Shown: in pieces, positions 1-12,519 of the stretch | Numbering within the stretch: position 1 is the first letter of the stretch | Layout: each line of letters begins with the position of its first letter | From: Octopus bimaculoides | Lineage: Eukaryota | Reading direction: 5' to 3' | Assembly: GCF_001194135.2 (NCBI RefSeq) | Contig: NC_068982.1 | Location: forward strand, 126,004,698 to 126,068,697 | DNA: 64,000 bases | The notes under the pieces: model-generated | The model's database searches: none | What the model was told of the DNA's origin: nothing | The model's input: the letters and a program-made list of their open reading frames with translations, nothing else | Position numbers and translations under genes: made by a program

Positions 1-228
1 TTGTAATCAGCCAAATATTCTTTTTTTTCTCTCTCTTTTGAATGGGCTCTACAATGTTTGAGCATGTAGCAGCAACAGTGCAATCAGAGACATATAAGCA
101 ATACTCTAATGTAGGCTACTTTGTACAGGGTTCAGAAACTAATCACAGTGAAGTATAGTCTGGCCCAAAAGTAGAAACCTAGTCTTTGGAAAGTAGTTTT
201 GACAGTTTTATAGTCAAGAAGTTTCCAT

Positions 229-628
229 GGCGCTGGAGTGGCTGTGTGGTAAATAGCTTGCTTACCAACCACATGGATCCGTGTTCATTCCCACTGCGTG
301 GCACCTTGGGCAAATGTCTTCCACTATAGCCTCGGGCCGACCAAAACCTTGTTAGTGGATTTGGTAGACGGAAACTGAAAGAAGCCCGTCGTATATATGT
401 ATATATATATGTATGTGTGTTTGTGTGTCTGTGTTTGTCCCCCCACCATCGCTTGACAACCGATGGTGGTGTGTTTACGTCCCCGTAACTTAGCAGTTTG
501 GCAAAAGAGATCGTTATAATAAGTACTAGGCTTCCAAAGAATAAGTCCTGGGGTCGATTTGCTCGACTAAAGGCGGTGCTCCAGCATGGCCACAGTCAAA
601 TGACTGAAACAAGTAAAAGATTAAAAAG
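229..628 (+). mobile_element. tRNA-headed SINE, family A (CORE-like central domain, probably octopus OR2-like), near full length
   Basis: A-box-like TGGCTGTGTGG and B-box-like GTTCATTCCC, then CORE-like GTGGCACCTTGGGCAAATGTCTT, internal (TA/TG)n and a GAAACAAGTAAAAGA tail. More than 15 related copies occur in the window. The OR2 name is from memory. Confidence 0.85.
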
Positions 629-759
629 AGAGAGTATGGGAAATAATCAGAGACTGTGAGATATTTTTTGCGATGTTGAAGGTTTTAGCTTGTGTTATGA
701 TATATAGTGTATAATGGTCTATAATGATGATATAATGAAGACTGTTTCTTCAATATGTA

Positions 760-976
760 TGAGTGGGTGCTGGAAAGTTCCTGGTTTTAAGGGTATTGCG
801 AAAGGCCTGGTTGGAGGCCCGAACTTCAGAGTTCTTTTACAGGGCCTAGAAAAACTGAAGGACTGCTGCAATAAGTGTGTGAATCTGAGAGGGGAATATG
901 TTGAATAAAATCATAATTAACTGATCCTCTTGTACTTTTTTTTTACCCAAAGCCAGAAACTTTTTCAGCACTAGCT
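760..976 (+). mobile_element. Internally deleted mariner derivative (MITE-like) retaining the transposase C-terminus
   Basis: TA|TGAGTGGGTGCTGGAAAGTTCCTGG at the left end and an imperfect inverted copy CCAGAAACTTTTTCAGCAC at the right. ORF 714..908 ends LQGLEKLKDCCNKCVNLRGEYVE*, matching the mariner C-terminal GIxKLxxRWxKCxxxxGxYVE motif. Confidence 0.7.
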
Positions 977-1319
977 ATATGTAATGAGTGTGTATTAGTG
1001 CTATTGAAAAAGATTAACTAGTTTGTCATATCCTTATTGGTGAATCTTTTCAAGATTTCGGTTCAAGGAAACACTCCATGATTGATATGGAGTACATAAC
1101 CTGCATGTTGGCTCATAAAGACATTAAATGGGTAACTTAGCAACAGGGTTTAGATGCCAGACTTTGTCAAAGTTAACAACATTATGTATGACAACGAAAA
1201 GCAAATCTCAAGTATCACTGGCTCTCTGGAAACTGTACTGATGATCACTGAAGAGAGAAAGTGACACAGAGTGATAAAAGAGGTCACTGATTTCAAATGT
1301 TTTCATCAACAGTCTCCAG

Positions 1320-1935
1320 CAAGGTAATTTCAATTGTGTTCTCATTCCAAGAAAACATTCTTCTACCCCCCGCCACCTTCCCTGAAACCTTAAAACTCAC
1401 TACAAATTCTAGGCCTCACAACTGCTAATGATCTCTTCTGGAAGGCTAACCTCCACAACTGGGTAAAAACTGCATCACAGAGACTGACCTTCCTCTTCAG
1501 AATTAGAATATACAATTACTGACTCTCTACAAAACTCAAGTGAAACCCACAATGGAATACTGCTCCTACATATTCAATGGTATTGCTACTACTCATACAG
1601 ACATTGTCCCAACACATAAAAAATTCCACCTTATTGATCAGCATGGAGTTCCTCACCAGCACACTTCAACATCTGGCCCACAGACTTGCTATCTCCTCAC
1701 TCTACCTTCTACCACTATCACCATTACAGCTGCCTGCACTTTGTGCCCATCTCAACTCGGGTTCACCCGATTCACTTGTCTCTCTTCTTGTTACCTATAT
1801 TATGTGTACATTCCCAAGACCCACACTAATACCGTCCCTCTAATCCTTCTTCCCCAGAATGCCTACTCGTTGGAATTCTTTCTCCACCCAGGCTTTTCCT
1901 CAGTCACTGACTTCTGTTTCACAAAAACATTGACC
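1320..1935 (+). mobile_element. CR1-clade LINE 3' fragment, decayed
   Basis: Frameshifted translations LLTLYKTQVKPTMEYCSYIF, LQHLAHRLAISSL and SFFPRMPTRWNSF resemble post-RT CR1 motifs (LYKxxVRPxMEYC, SLxHRR, SFFPRTxxxWNxLP). Confidence 0.7.
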
Positions 1936-2032
1936 ATGTCTTTCTTTTGGTAATGACGGCAGGGGCCTGTAATGGGCACAATTCAGTCCCTTCTTCTAGA
2001 TCAAATGATTTTTAAAAAAATATGAAACTTTG

Positions 2033-2380
2033 CAGGCATAGCTGTATGATGAAGAATTTTACTTCACAGCCTCAGAGTTTCAGGATTAGCTCCATTTTAG
2101 GACACCTTCAGCAAATGTCTTATACTATAGTCCTGAGCTGATGATTTCCTTGTAAGGAAACTTTGTAGATGGAAACTGTTGAAGCCTATCTCATATATGT
2201 ATTTATTTGTGTTTGTGTTTAATTGCTTGACAAATGGTGTTGGTTTGTTTACATTCCTACAACATTGCAGTTTGACAAAAAGAGAACTATTAATATATTG
2301 GAGTTGATTTGATCAGCTGAATGCTTCAAGGCAGTGCCCCAGAATGCCAGCAGTCCAATGGCTGAAACAAGTAAGAATAA
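2033..2380 (+). mobile_element. SINE family A, degenerate copy
   Basis: Aligns by eye to 229-628 (head, CORE-like segment, GAAACAAGTAAG tail). Confidence 0.7.
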
Positions 2381-2544
2381 AAAAATCCTCAAGATATTAA
2401 CAATTAGATGGTTGTTGATGTAATCAGAAAAGTCATTCGTCTTGGCATTGTGACACAGTTGTAATTTTTCTGGAGAATTAAGATTTTTTAAAATGTGCAT
2501 AGTTTGTATAATTTTATATGTATTTTTAAACAAGTACTCTTCAT

Positions 2545-2880
2545 ATAATCATCATCATCATTGTTTAACGTCCACTTTCCATGCTGGCATGGGTTGGACG
2601 ATTTGACTGAGGACTGGCAAGCCAGAAGACTGCACCAGGCTCCAGTCTGATCTGGCAGAGTTTCTACAGCTGGATGCCCTTCCTAACGCCAACCACTCCG
2701 AGAGTGTAGTGGGTGCTTTTACGTGCCACCGGCACGAGGGTCAGTCAAGCAGCACTGGCAACGACCTCGCTCGAATGATTTTCTAATGTGCTACTAGCAC
2801 AAGTGCTAGAAGGTGACGCTGGTAATGATTACGCTCAAATGGTGCTATTTATGGGCCACTAGCACGGAAGCCAACACACA
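2545..2880 (-). mobile_element. Family C: RTE-LINE 3'-UTR-derived retroposon with (GAT)n tail
   Basis: Reverse complement of TTGGCGTTAGGAAGGGCATCCAGCTGTAGAAAC...CCATGCCAGCATGGAAAGTGGACGTTAAAC(GAT)n. The same sequence follows an RTE ORF2 stop at ~58610-58880. Confidence 0.8.
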
Positions 2881-3589
2881 CAGACAGTGCTGTTAGTGCT
2901 CCACTGGTGCAGGTGTCAGTCATCTTTTCTGTAGTTCTATTCGCTCATTAGGAAAGACTAAAATTTTTGAGAAGTATGTAGTATATAAAAATTATAAAAT
3001 CTATATAGTCTTTGAAATTATTATGCTATATCATCAAATATTCAAAACATGCCAGAATAAAACAAAATAATTAATTCACAAAACGTGTTTCATTCTTGTA
3101 AGTTAGTGAGTGTTTAACTACTATAATCACTCTTATAGATATGAAGAAACTGTAATTAAAGTTTTCTAATTGGTTTTAATTACTTTTATTAGTTTGTAAA
3201 GTTCTCATAACACTATCCACACTGAGAGAGTATAAGCAGAAAAATATAAATGTGACCATGTTTTGTAGAAACACATTATATTGCGTATGATTAAGCAAAT
3301 AAGAGGAATCTCACAGGTAACATTCTCAGACTGTGTAGTGTAATTTCCCTATAAACAGGTGAATCAAGGCACTTGAAATTAAATCCTAACCAAAGTTCTG
3401 CTTGAGACTGGAATTCAGTTCTTGAGCTTTTAGTAACATTTTGTCCATTTGGCCATTTTGTCACTTATGAAATAAAGAACAACAAATGATATGGCATTGA
3501 GGTAGATCCAGCCACCCCTGTTAAAGGGGACAAAACTCGGATTTAAAACACTGGATGATGAAGAAACTAAATTTTGAAAGCTTAGGCAA

Positions 3590-3984
3590 GAAGCTTGCTT
3601 CCTAACCCTGTGCTTTCAGGTTCAATCCCACCTTTGACAAGTTCCTTCTGTTATAGTCCTGGGCCAGTCAAAGCTTTGTGAGTAGATTTGGTAGATGGAA
3701 ACTGAAATAAGCCTGCTGTGTGTGTATGTGTGTGCATGCGTGTGTGTGTGTGTGTGTAATGTACGGAAGTGTTTGCGTGAACTCTTTCTTTGGCATCATA
3801 TGATGGTTGCAAAGAAGCATCACTAGAAAATCTACCTTAACACATTCCACCTGACTCATGCAAGCTTGGGAAAATAGATGTTAATTGATGAAGATGATGG
3901 TGATGGCAGCAGCAATGATGATGATGATGATGATGACAATGAAGAAGAAGGAGGGGGAGGGGAGGAGGAGAAGAAGAAGAAGAA

Positions 3985-4016
<32 letters not shown>

Positions 4017-4020
4017 AATC
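3590..4020 (+). mobile_element. SINE with family-A head and RTE-like tail (family J), followed by (GAT)n/(GAA)n microsatellites
   Basis: A-type head, then a body shared with 5490-5730, 46960-47310 and 59700-59900(-), ending in a GAT-repeat tail. Confidence 0.6.
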
Positions 4021-4521
4021 CAAGATTGCTATTGATAATATTGAAAATGTTAATGCCTAATAATGTCAGAGTTGAAGCATGTGAGATTTTAATGTGGTAA
4101 CCTTTGAAACAGTGCTAATGTTATCCAACAGAGAAGTCTCCACTAAAGTCACCCAAGGCCCAGGTGATGGTATTAAACCAGATTAGTTCTGCCACTGAAG
4201 ACCCACCTATTTAATAAACTTCCTTCCTCCAGAGTTTCTTTCATTCACAAAGCTTGATCCAACATGTGGCAGTAAAAAGTATAGTTAAACTGATTTGGCA
4301 TGTTTTTAAATGTGATTAAAAAGCTTGCATCCCTAACCACATACTTTGAGGTTCAATCTCACTGTACGACACCTTGGGCAAGTTTCTTTAACTATATAGC
4401 CTTGGGCTAACCAAAGCCTTGTGAGTAGATTTGGTAGATGGAAACTGAAAGAAGCCTGTTGTATATGTATGTAATGTATGTAAGGATGTGAATGTTTCTG
4501 TGAGCTCTTGCAGATAATCCT

Positions 4522-4552
<31 letters not shown>

Positions 4553-4759
4553 CTTTACCATATTCTACATACATAAAAGCAACAAGGTCTCAGACTGGCT
4601 CATGTGGCCTCTGTAACAGACTATGAGGGAAGTCACTTTACAAGTTGCAAATGGCAATGAAAGGACTTTGACAAATAAAAAACAAAGCAAATGACTGATT
4701 GTTTAACCAACAAATTAAACAAATGATCAGTTAGGTAGATACTAAACCAATTGGAGTGG

Positions 4760-5376
4760 AGACGCAATAGCCCAGTGGTTATGGCAGTGGACTCATGGTT
4801 ATAGGATCGTGGTTTCGTTTCCCAGACTGGGTGTTGTGAGTGTTTATTGAGTGAAAACACCTAATGCTCTACAAGGCTCCGGCGGGGATGGTGGCAAACC
4901 CTGCTGTACTCTTTCACCACAACTTTCTCTCACTCTTACTTCCTGTTTCTGTTGTGCCTGTAATTCAAAGAGTCAGCCTTGTCACGGTGAGCTGGCAGAA
5001 ACGTTAGCACGCCGGGTGAAATGCTTAACAGTATTTCGTCCGCCGCTACGTTCTGAGTTCAAATTCTGCTGTGGTCGACTTGGCCTTTCATCCTTTCGGG
5101 GTCGATAAATTAAGTACCAGTTACGCACTGGGGTTGATGTAATCGACTTAATCTGTTTGTCTGTCCTTGTTTGTCCCCTCTGTGTGTAGCCCCTTGTGGG
5201 TAGTAAAGAAATAACACACTGTGTCACGCTGAATATCCCCGAGAACTAAGTTAAGAGTACACGTGTTTGTGGAGTGCTCAGCCACTTGCACGTTAATTTC
5301 ACGAGCAGGCTGTTCCGTTGATCAAATCAACTGGAACCCTCGATGTCGTAAGCGACGGAGTGCCAACAACAACAAA
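4760..5376 (+). mobile_element. tRNA-headed SINE family D with a family-B SINE nested inside it (4988-5214)
   Basis: D head (TAGCCCAGTGG A box, GGTTTCGTTTCCC B box) and (AAC)n tail. The D body is interrupted at CTTGTCAC|ACTGTGTCACG by a complete B element, with a possible 3-bp CAC duplication. Confidence 0.85.
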
Positions 5377-6147
5377 ACTAATTGGTGAATAATAAAGGAG
5401 TGGAATTGAACCTGTGTGTGTGTTATTAATATCAGCATAATGTCTTTCCTTTGATACAACAAATGTATGTGTGTGTGTTTGTGTGTAACTCTGTTTAGAC
5501 ATTATGTGATGGCTGTAAATGAGTGTCGTCATCATACAAGCTAGGTTATTCATTTCTACTCATCCATGTTTAGCTGTGGGAAAATATTATTTTGCTTGGA
5601 AACATGTGATGGTCGATGACAGAAATGGCATCTGGCTGTAGAAAATCTGCTTCTCCAAATTCCACCTGACCCTTACAAGCATGGAAAAGCGAATGTTAAA
5701 TGGTGATGATGATGATGATGATGATGATGATACATGAGTATTTCTAACTGGGCAAGTGTCTTCTACAGTAGGCTCATGTTGACTCACAATTTGTGAGTGA
5801 AACTGAGTTGGAAGGATGTCTATTCAAAAGGTGGTCTTGTGGGGTGGTGATGTAAGTCATATGATTTATATAGTCTCTTGGCCCTTTGGTGACTTTAGTG
5901 AACACTACTCTGTTGAATAACATCGTATCTTGATGAGATGCTACCCACTATGGAAATCTATAAGTCGTGGGTTTGATTTCTTTTTTACCCTTCAACCAGT
6001 CTTGGAGGTCCAACAAAGAGGTTATGGGTGCTGTCCTTCCTCTGATCAAGTCTTCCCTCTGATGAACTCCTTCCTCTGATCGAGCCCTTCCTCTGATCAA
6101 GTCATAAAAATACCAACTGGCAAAGATAATTTAGAGCATTGCATTAA

Positions 6148-6362
6148 CCCTTTACCATTCAGATTACTCTGTCAAATATAATGCATCTTTATTCACATCG
6201 TTTTGAATTAATCATGTATTATCTCATAGCTTTAAAATTTTGATATGATAGTTATTTTTGAATGACATTGTAGTGCAGGTATGAGAGACTAGATCTGACT
6301 GGTTTCAACGTCAAACATGTTGTATATCTGGGCCAGATATGGCCGGTTTAAATGTGAAAGGG
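6148..6362. mobile_element. TTAA-flanked MITE (piggyBac-type non-autonomous element), copy 1
   Basis: TTAA|CCCTTTACCATT...AATGTGAAAGGG|TTAA. A second copy is at 20365-20588. Confidence 0.8.
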
Positions 6363-6410
6363 TTAACTTACAGCTGAAGCAAAATAAATATTTCCCTACA
6401 GTTTTTTTAG

Positions 6411-6482
6411 GTCTACATGTCCATGTTATGATTTGAACATCACCTATGCTAACTCACTCAGTTATACATTAACAACATGCAG
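6411..6482 (+). CDS. Candidate internal exon of an unidentified host gene (STCPCYDLNITYANSLSYTLTTC)
   Basis: tttttttag| acceptor and CAG|gtatga donor; 72 bp; only one frame is open (phase 2-2). I recognise no homologue. Confidence 0.3.
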
Positions 6483-6540
6483 GTATGACTGTGAGTGGAT
6501 TTGGTTAAGAGAAACTGAAAAAAATCCCATCATATATATG

Positions 6541-7290
6541 TACAAGGTGGGTGAACAGTAAATAGGCATTAAATATTGGTAATAAGATCTATATTCCTTT
6601 TACAAATTTATTGAAACAAATGATACATGTTCTTTATTACATGGAAAAATTTAAAGTAAAACTTCATATTTCAACGTAAGGACTTGTGGCATCAATCAGT
6701 TTCCTCAAACCTCCAGGGACGTCGTTTGGGATATCATTGAGAACCTCCTGAATCCATGTCGCCAAGTCCTGTAGTGTGTGAGGTTTTGTCTTGTACACCT
6801 CTTTTGTGTAACCCCACAGGTAAAAATCACAAGGAGTGAGATCTAGACTTCTTGGAGTTCTGGAATTCTGCAGTCACAGTCTTCAGGTCTTGGTTCCTGC
6901 ATGCAATGGGGTTTCCACGGATGAAAATTCAATTCTTTAGGCAATACCATATGTATTGTGTGTCTTGTTAGTCCACTTTCACGAGTTGCCTGATGTGTTG
7001 ATTTTTGTAGGCTGTGATTAAACATTTCCTGCACTGGTGCCACATTCTCTGCTGATTGGGATGTGGTTGGACAGCCACTTCTTCTTGCATCATTCACAGA
7101 GTCCATGGTCATCAGCTTTGCATGACACTTATCTATTGTCTCCAGACATAGTGTTGCATGGTTACCTTTCCATGCACACCACCATCTCTGAACCAAAACA
7201 ATGGAATTCCACACTTCATAGCGTGCTGCTATCTTAGCTGGCTTCTGAACAGTCAAGCAACCGGCCATCTGGAAAATAAGAAATAAAACA
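6541..7290 (-). mobile_element. Tc1/mariner-superfamily transposon (DUF4817-type HTH N-terminus), internally deleted
   Basis: ORF 6843..7409 gives KIAARYEVWNSIVLVQRWW...RSGCPTTS...KELNFHPWKPH. It is fused directly to the C-terminal DLTPCDFYLWGYTKEVYKTKP motif, so most of the catalytic domain is missing. A TA|CAAGGTGGGTG terminus lies at ~6541. Confidence 0.85.
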
Positions 7291-7354
7291 GTCAAACCGT
7301 CCAACCCATGCCAGCATGGAAAACGGACATTAATCAATGATGATGATGATATAT

Positions 7355-7590
7355 ATTTGTGTGTATGTGTGTCTTTGTGTATATGTTTGTTCCTCCCCCC
7401 ACTTAACAACTGGTGCTGGTGTGTTTATGTCCCCATAACTTAGTGGTTCAGCAAAAGTGACTGATAGAATAAGCACTAGGCTTGCAAAGAATAAGTCCTC
7501 GGGTCGATTTCTTCAACTAAAACCCTTTAAGGCATGCTCCAGCATGACCACAGTCAAATGGCTGAAACACATAAAAGAATAAAAGAATAT
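7355..7590 (+). mobile_element. SINE family A, 3' half
   Basis: Matches the 430-628 segment of the first A copy. Confidence 0.75.
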
Positions 7591-8085
7591 ATACACACAC
7601 AACCATCCAATGCCAAAGGTTGCCACTTTGCATGTATGAAAACATCTATATTTCTACATGTGGACATTCAGGTTCCTTGTAATTTTTTTTTTTTTTTTTT
7701 TTTTTTTTGCTATATTTGTACACACATTGCAGAACTAGTTAAATTAACTGGAAGAATCCATAGAAGAGAAAGGAACTGGAAATAATCTGTAAGAAATTGA
7801 TAGAATTCCAGAGCTGAACAAAAAATAAGTTTCTTTATGAAATATATAAATATTTAAGTATCTATATATGTAATATAAATCTATAGATACATGCCTGAAA
7901 CATTTGATATTTTTTTTAATCATGGTTATACACAGCTATTGGCACAATATCCTGGCAGTTCTTGTTTGTTTTTTCTGTAAATTTTCTGTATTTGTGTTCC
8001 AAAGTGTTCTACTATGAGGACAATGATTAACACAAACACACACATTTACATAGATATATTTATGTGTGTATATGTAATGTGTGTG

Positions 8086-8127
<42 letters not shown>

Positions 8128-8231
8128 GATAGATAGATAGATACATTTCTTTTATTAGCCACACAGGGCTCAACGAAGATGGGACAAATACAATGTAGAG
8201 CTTTTCTTTTGGGGAGGGGGAAAGGAAGAAA

Positions 8232-8920
8232 NNNNNNNNNNNNNNNNNNNNNNNNNNNNNNNNNNNNNNNNNNNNNNNNNNNNNNNNNNNNNNNNNNNNN
8301 NNNNNNNNNNNNNNNNNNNNNNNNNNNNNNNNNNNNNNNNNNNNNNNNNNNNNNNNNNNNNNNNNNNNNNNNNNNNNNNNNNNNNNNNNNNNNNNNNNNN
8401 NNNNNNNNNNNNNNNNNNNNNNNNNNNNNNNNNNNNNNNNNNNNNNNNNNNNNNNNNNNNNNNNNNNNNNNNNNNNNNNNNNNNNNNNNNNNNNNNNNNN
8501 NNNNNNNNNNNNNNNNNNNNNNNNNNNNNNNNNNNNNNNNNNNNNNNNNNNNNNNNNNNNNNNNNNNNNNNNNNNNNNNNNNNNNNNNNNNNNNNNNNNN
8601 NNNNNNNNNNNNNNNNNNNNNNNNNNNNNNNNNNNNNNNNNNNNNNNNNNNNNNNNNNNNNNNNNNNNNNNNNNNNNNNNNNNNNNNNNNNNNNNNNNNN
8701 NNNNNNNNNNNNNNNNNNNNNNNNNNNNNNNNNNNNNNNNNNNNNNNNNNNNNNNNNNNNNNNNNNNNNNNNNNNNNNNNNNNNNNNNNNNNNNNNNNNN
8801 NNNNNNNNNNNNNNNNNNNNNNNNNNNNNNNNNNNNNNNNNNNNNNNNNNNNNNNNNNNNNNNNNNNNNNNNNNNNNNNNNNNNNNNNNNNNNNNNNNNN
8901 NNNNNNNNNNNNNNNNNNNN
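8232..8920. other. Assembly gap (N run); other gaps at 13848-13924, 28322-28331, 32556-32565, 43887-44270, 58883-59350 and 63203-63604
   Basis: Runs of N, mostly next to microsatellites or repeats. Confidence 1.
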
Positions 8921-8971
<51 letters not shown>

Positions 8972-10329
8972 TAGATAGATAGAGAGATAGGTAGACAAAT
9001 TTATACAAATAAGTATATGTTCTGTTCAGTTATATGGAAAGTGACATTTATTCTTGAGGCTGCTATGGACTAAAAATAGAGAATACCACTGTGTTTGTGT
9101 ATTTATATGTTTGTGTGTGTTTATATGTTTGTAGTTTAACATTCCATCGCATATTTGCACGCACACAACACTCACCCTAGACACATGCATCCAAGCTCAC
9201 CTCAAATAGTGCTACCGGTAAACAACCAGCTCATGTTTTTCATGACATCCAGTACTTGCTTGTGCTACAGTGAACAGTCTATCTACTCACCACTTTATAT
9301 TAAACAACGGTCATAGAGCACTGTGGAACAATACGTTAGTGTCTTTGAAGGTGTGTGTGTAATGAAACAAAGAAACCTCATTGAGTCTTCTTGTACTAGA
9401 ACTGTGAAGTTGGGCCAGACAACAGACAAGTGTGTTTAACAATATCTCATATACTAGGCCAGAAAAGTGTGTTCACACTGAGTGCCTCTACATAGTTGCT
9501 TAACCTACTAGCAATAGCAGCTAAATCATACTCCACCATCTTAGTAAAAAAATGACTTATTGGACCATGTGATAATTGCATTATATTTTGGAAAACAAAG
9601 TAGTGGTCATTGCTGGAGTGCATTTGGTCATAGGTGTGCTCAAACAAGGTTTACCTGTTGGTGAAAAGAAAAGAAAAATAAAACAATATTTAGTTTGTCC
9701 CATATTCTATAAATATACTGTACTATTCAGAGACAATCTTACACAGTACCATACTGTGTTTATTCAGTCTATCAAATCCTTAATTATACAGTACACTGAT
9801 CAAAGTCTGTTTATCAGTAGCTGTACTATACAGTACATGCTGCAGAAACAATTTCGTATACCATGCAGCATATAATATAAGACAGTGTCATACTGTTGTT
9901 CGGAGACAGTGTGTTACAGAGAAAACCATAACATAGGCTGTGTGTTACACACTGCGTTATATAATGTGCTGGAGAATATACACAGCAACAAGTTGAAATA
10001 GCAAACCATTCACGACTTGTTTATCATGTGTGGATAATACTGCAGAAGTACAACGTATCATTACGTCAGTGACAGTTCTGTTTTTGCAAGTCAAATATAT
10101 ATTCTAAGTGTATCAACATGAATTATTACTTGTTTATCAATCATATTAACAACAGTATTGCTCACCTCACCCATGTCAACATGTCTATATTAACTAATTA
10201 TTAACAAAATCAACACTGATGCCAGGCATTGTCATCAGTATTAGTCATTGTTAACCACATTAACATCCATCCATCTTCATTATTATCTTTGTTAATGATG
10301 ATAAGCATCCTAATCAGCATCACAGTTTT

Positions 10330-11060
10330 AATGTCTAATTATCCGTGCTATTTGTGGACAAGTTAGAAATACAGCATTTCTTCATGTTGTCTCATGCATC
10401 ATCTGAACTGTAAGATGTAGTGTTCTAAGAACCACTTTGTCTTTCTTCCCAATTCTTCATTCTACTACAGGTTCTTTTCACCTCATATCATGGTGCTCTT
10501 TCACTTGATATGTGTAAGTTGTCAGATCTCTATAAATCTCTTGGTACATTTTATGCCTAATTACTTTTTCAACTCATTTATACTCAGTCTTTCTGTATTA
10601 ACATTATGTATCTCAATGGACTTAAGTCAACATATTTTTCGCTCATTGCTGTATATCCTTTGCATTTTGTTGCCCACAATCATTAGAATTTAAAGAGATT
10701 TAAGAAAAGACAGAGACAGACAGACAGACAAACAAATAGAGAGGGAGAGAGTAGGGGTACCTATTGTTGCTGACAGAAATAGTTCTCCTAGTTCTTTTAT
10801 CCAATATCTAAAGTTATCGCTAGCTTCACCTCTAGTATAGAATATGTCATTTTGCTAACATAACTTATCTACTGCAACCAGTGAGTCATCCAAGTAACCT
10901 GGATTCTTTATTACATGGCTGCTTATGTTGTTATTAATTCCTGTGCAACTAAAGTTCTGTTTCCCTGTTAGTCTACCAAATATCCCTCACTGCACATTGT
11001 GTGCACTTGCAGTTTGTGGTAAATTTCAATTTCCTTTCTACTTCCTCGCTGTGTGTTATA
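10330..11060 (-). mobile_element. RTE-clade LINE 3' fragment, heavily decayed
   Basis: Minus-strand translation GIFGRLTGKQNFSCTGI...VAVDKLC...WIKELGELFL resembles the RTE post-RT region seen more clearly at 54290-55010 and 58390-58882. Confidence 0.55.
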
Positions 11061-11283
11061 CAAAGATATATTAATTGTTATCCTCACTCATTTTGATATC
11101 ATCTATGACAAGCATTTATTAATTATATCTCAGAAATACCATTATTTTTTCTACCTTTTAATTTAGTTTATTTCTAAAAACATTCCATGTTTTTAAGCAC
11201 ATATTTAGTACCACTGGTCACATATTTAGTACCACTGGTAACAGACAGTTAAAACTGTATGTTGTTAGTTACACATGTAAATA

Positions 11284-12519
11284 CATGAAGGTTCTATCAA
11301 AAATAATACAAATGTGGGCATAACTTCTTTATTAACTGATATAGGTCATTCAAATTGCACTTGTTGGTAGAGCAACTCTTCCTTTATAGAAACTCTGTCT
11401 TTCTTCATAGTAAGCAAATAATGGGTTCCAAGCAGAAGCAATGTGATGTCGAGTTCTTGAATGAGAAATATAGGATGTCCTACATCCACAAATACTATAA
11501 GTTGTTTGCGAAGGTGGCACATTGGACAAAAGTAATATGCACAGATGGATGAAGTTTGAAGAAGGGGAAACCAGCATTGAAGACAAACTAGACAGTGGGA
11601 GACCATCAGCTGAGACTACTTTTATGAATTGAAATGAGAGGACGAGTTGATTTGCATGGTCAGATGAGTCACAACCCATGAGTTTACTACACAACCAGAC
11701 TGTGATCACAATGCATTCCAGAAGGTTGTGGTAGGCTTTGGTTATAAGAAAGTGTGTACAAAGTGGATACCTCAGCAGTTGATGCATAGTTTGAAGGTGA
11801 AAAGGCTGACACTCCACTCTGATCTACTGGAGGCATTTGATATCAATGAAGACACATTTTTTTACTGATTTGGTAACAGGAAATGAAACATGGAGATATC
11901 TTTATGATTCAGAAACAAAAGCCCAGTCCATGGAATAAGATTACACCTCTTCTCCAAGGCCTAAGAAACTTAAGAGAAGTGATCAACGTAGACAGTCATG
12001 ATGACTGTTTTGGGGGATGACAATGGCATCATTCTACTTGATTTCTTAAAAATATGGCTGTACAGCAAACAGTGAGTGGTACATTGAGTCACCTAGAATG
12101 CTTAGAGAAACCATTAGCAGACAGAAACTAAATAAGAATCTGAAATTTATATTCACCACGGCAACACATGACCACATATATCTTTGGCAACTAATCAAAC
12201 AAATCTGGTACTGTCCAACAGCCACCTGTTTGGACCAATGAAGGACAGTCCTAGGGGACAATGTGTTAATGACACAGGCAAGATGAAAATAGCTGTGAAG
12301 AAATGAGTACAAGAGTGCACACCTGAATTTTTTGTTAGAGGATTCAAGGTCTGGGTTCAGCAATGATGCAAATACATCAGTTATAATGGTGACTATGGTG
12401 CGTTGTACCTTTGTATAGAGGAAGAGTTACTCTATTAACACTTGCACTTTGAATGATCTTTGTCAGTTAAAAAAAAAAGTTATGTCGATTTTTGCATTAT
12501 TTTCAGTACAACCCTCATA
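11284..12519 (+). mobile_element. Near full-length mariner relic (irritans/Hsmar2-like motifs) with ~108-bp TIRs; transposase pseudogenised
   Basis: Translations EEGETSIEDKLDSGRPS, GYKKVCTKWIPQQL, LVTGNETWRYLYDSETKAQSME, VMMTVFGDDNGIILLDFL and HLFGPMK, with many stops and frameshifts. 11286-11393 is inverted at 12410-12517. Confidence 0.9.

Noticed and set aside
1155-1265. Short protein-like ORF MPDFVKVNNIMYDNEKQISSITGSLETVLMITEERK
   Set aside because: 36 aa with no recognised homologue or splice context; within chance expectation.
8046-9008. 200-320 aa ORFs (also 58762..59423, 63154..63762 and 43588..44394)
   Set aside because: They are open only because they span N gaps.
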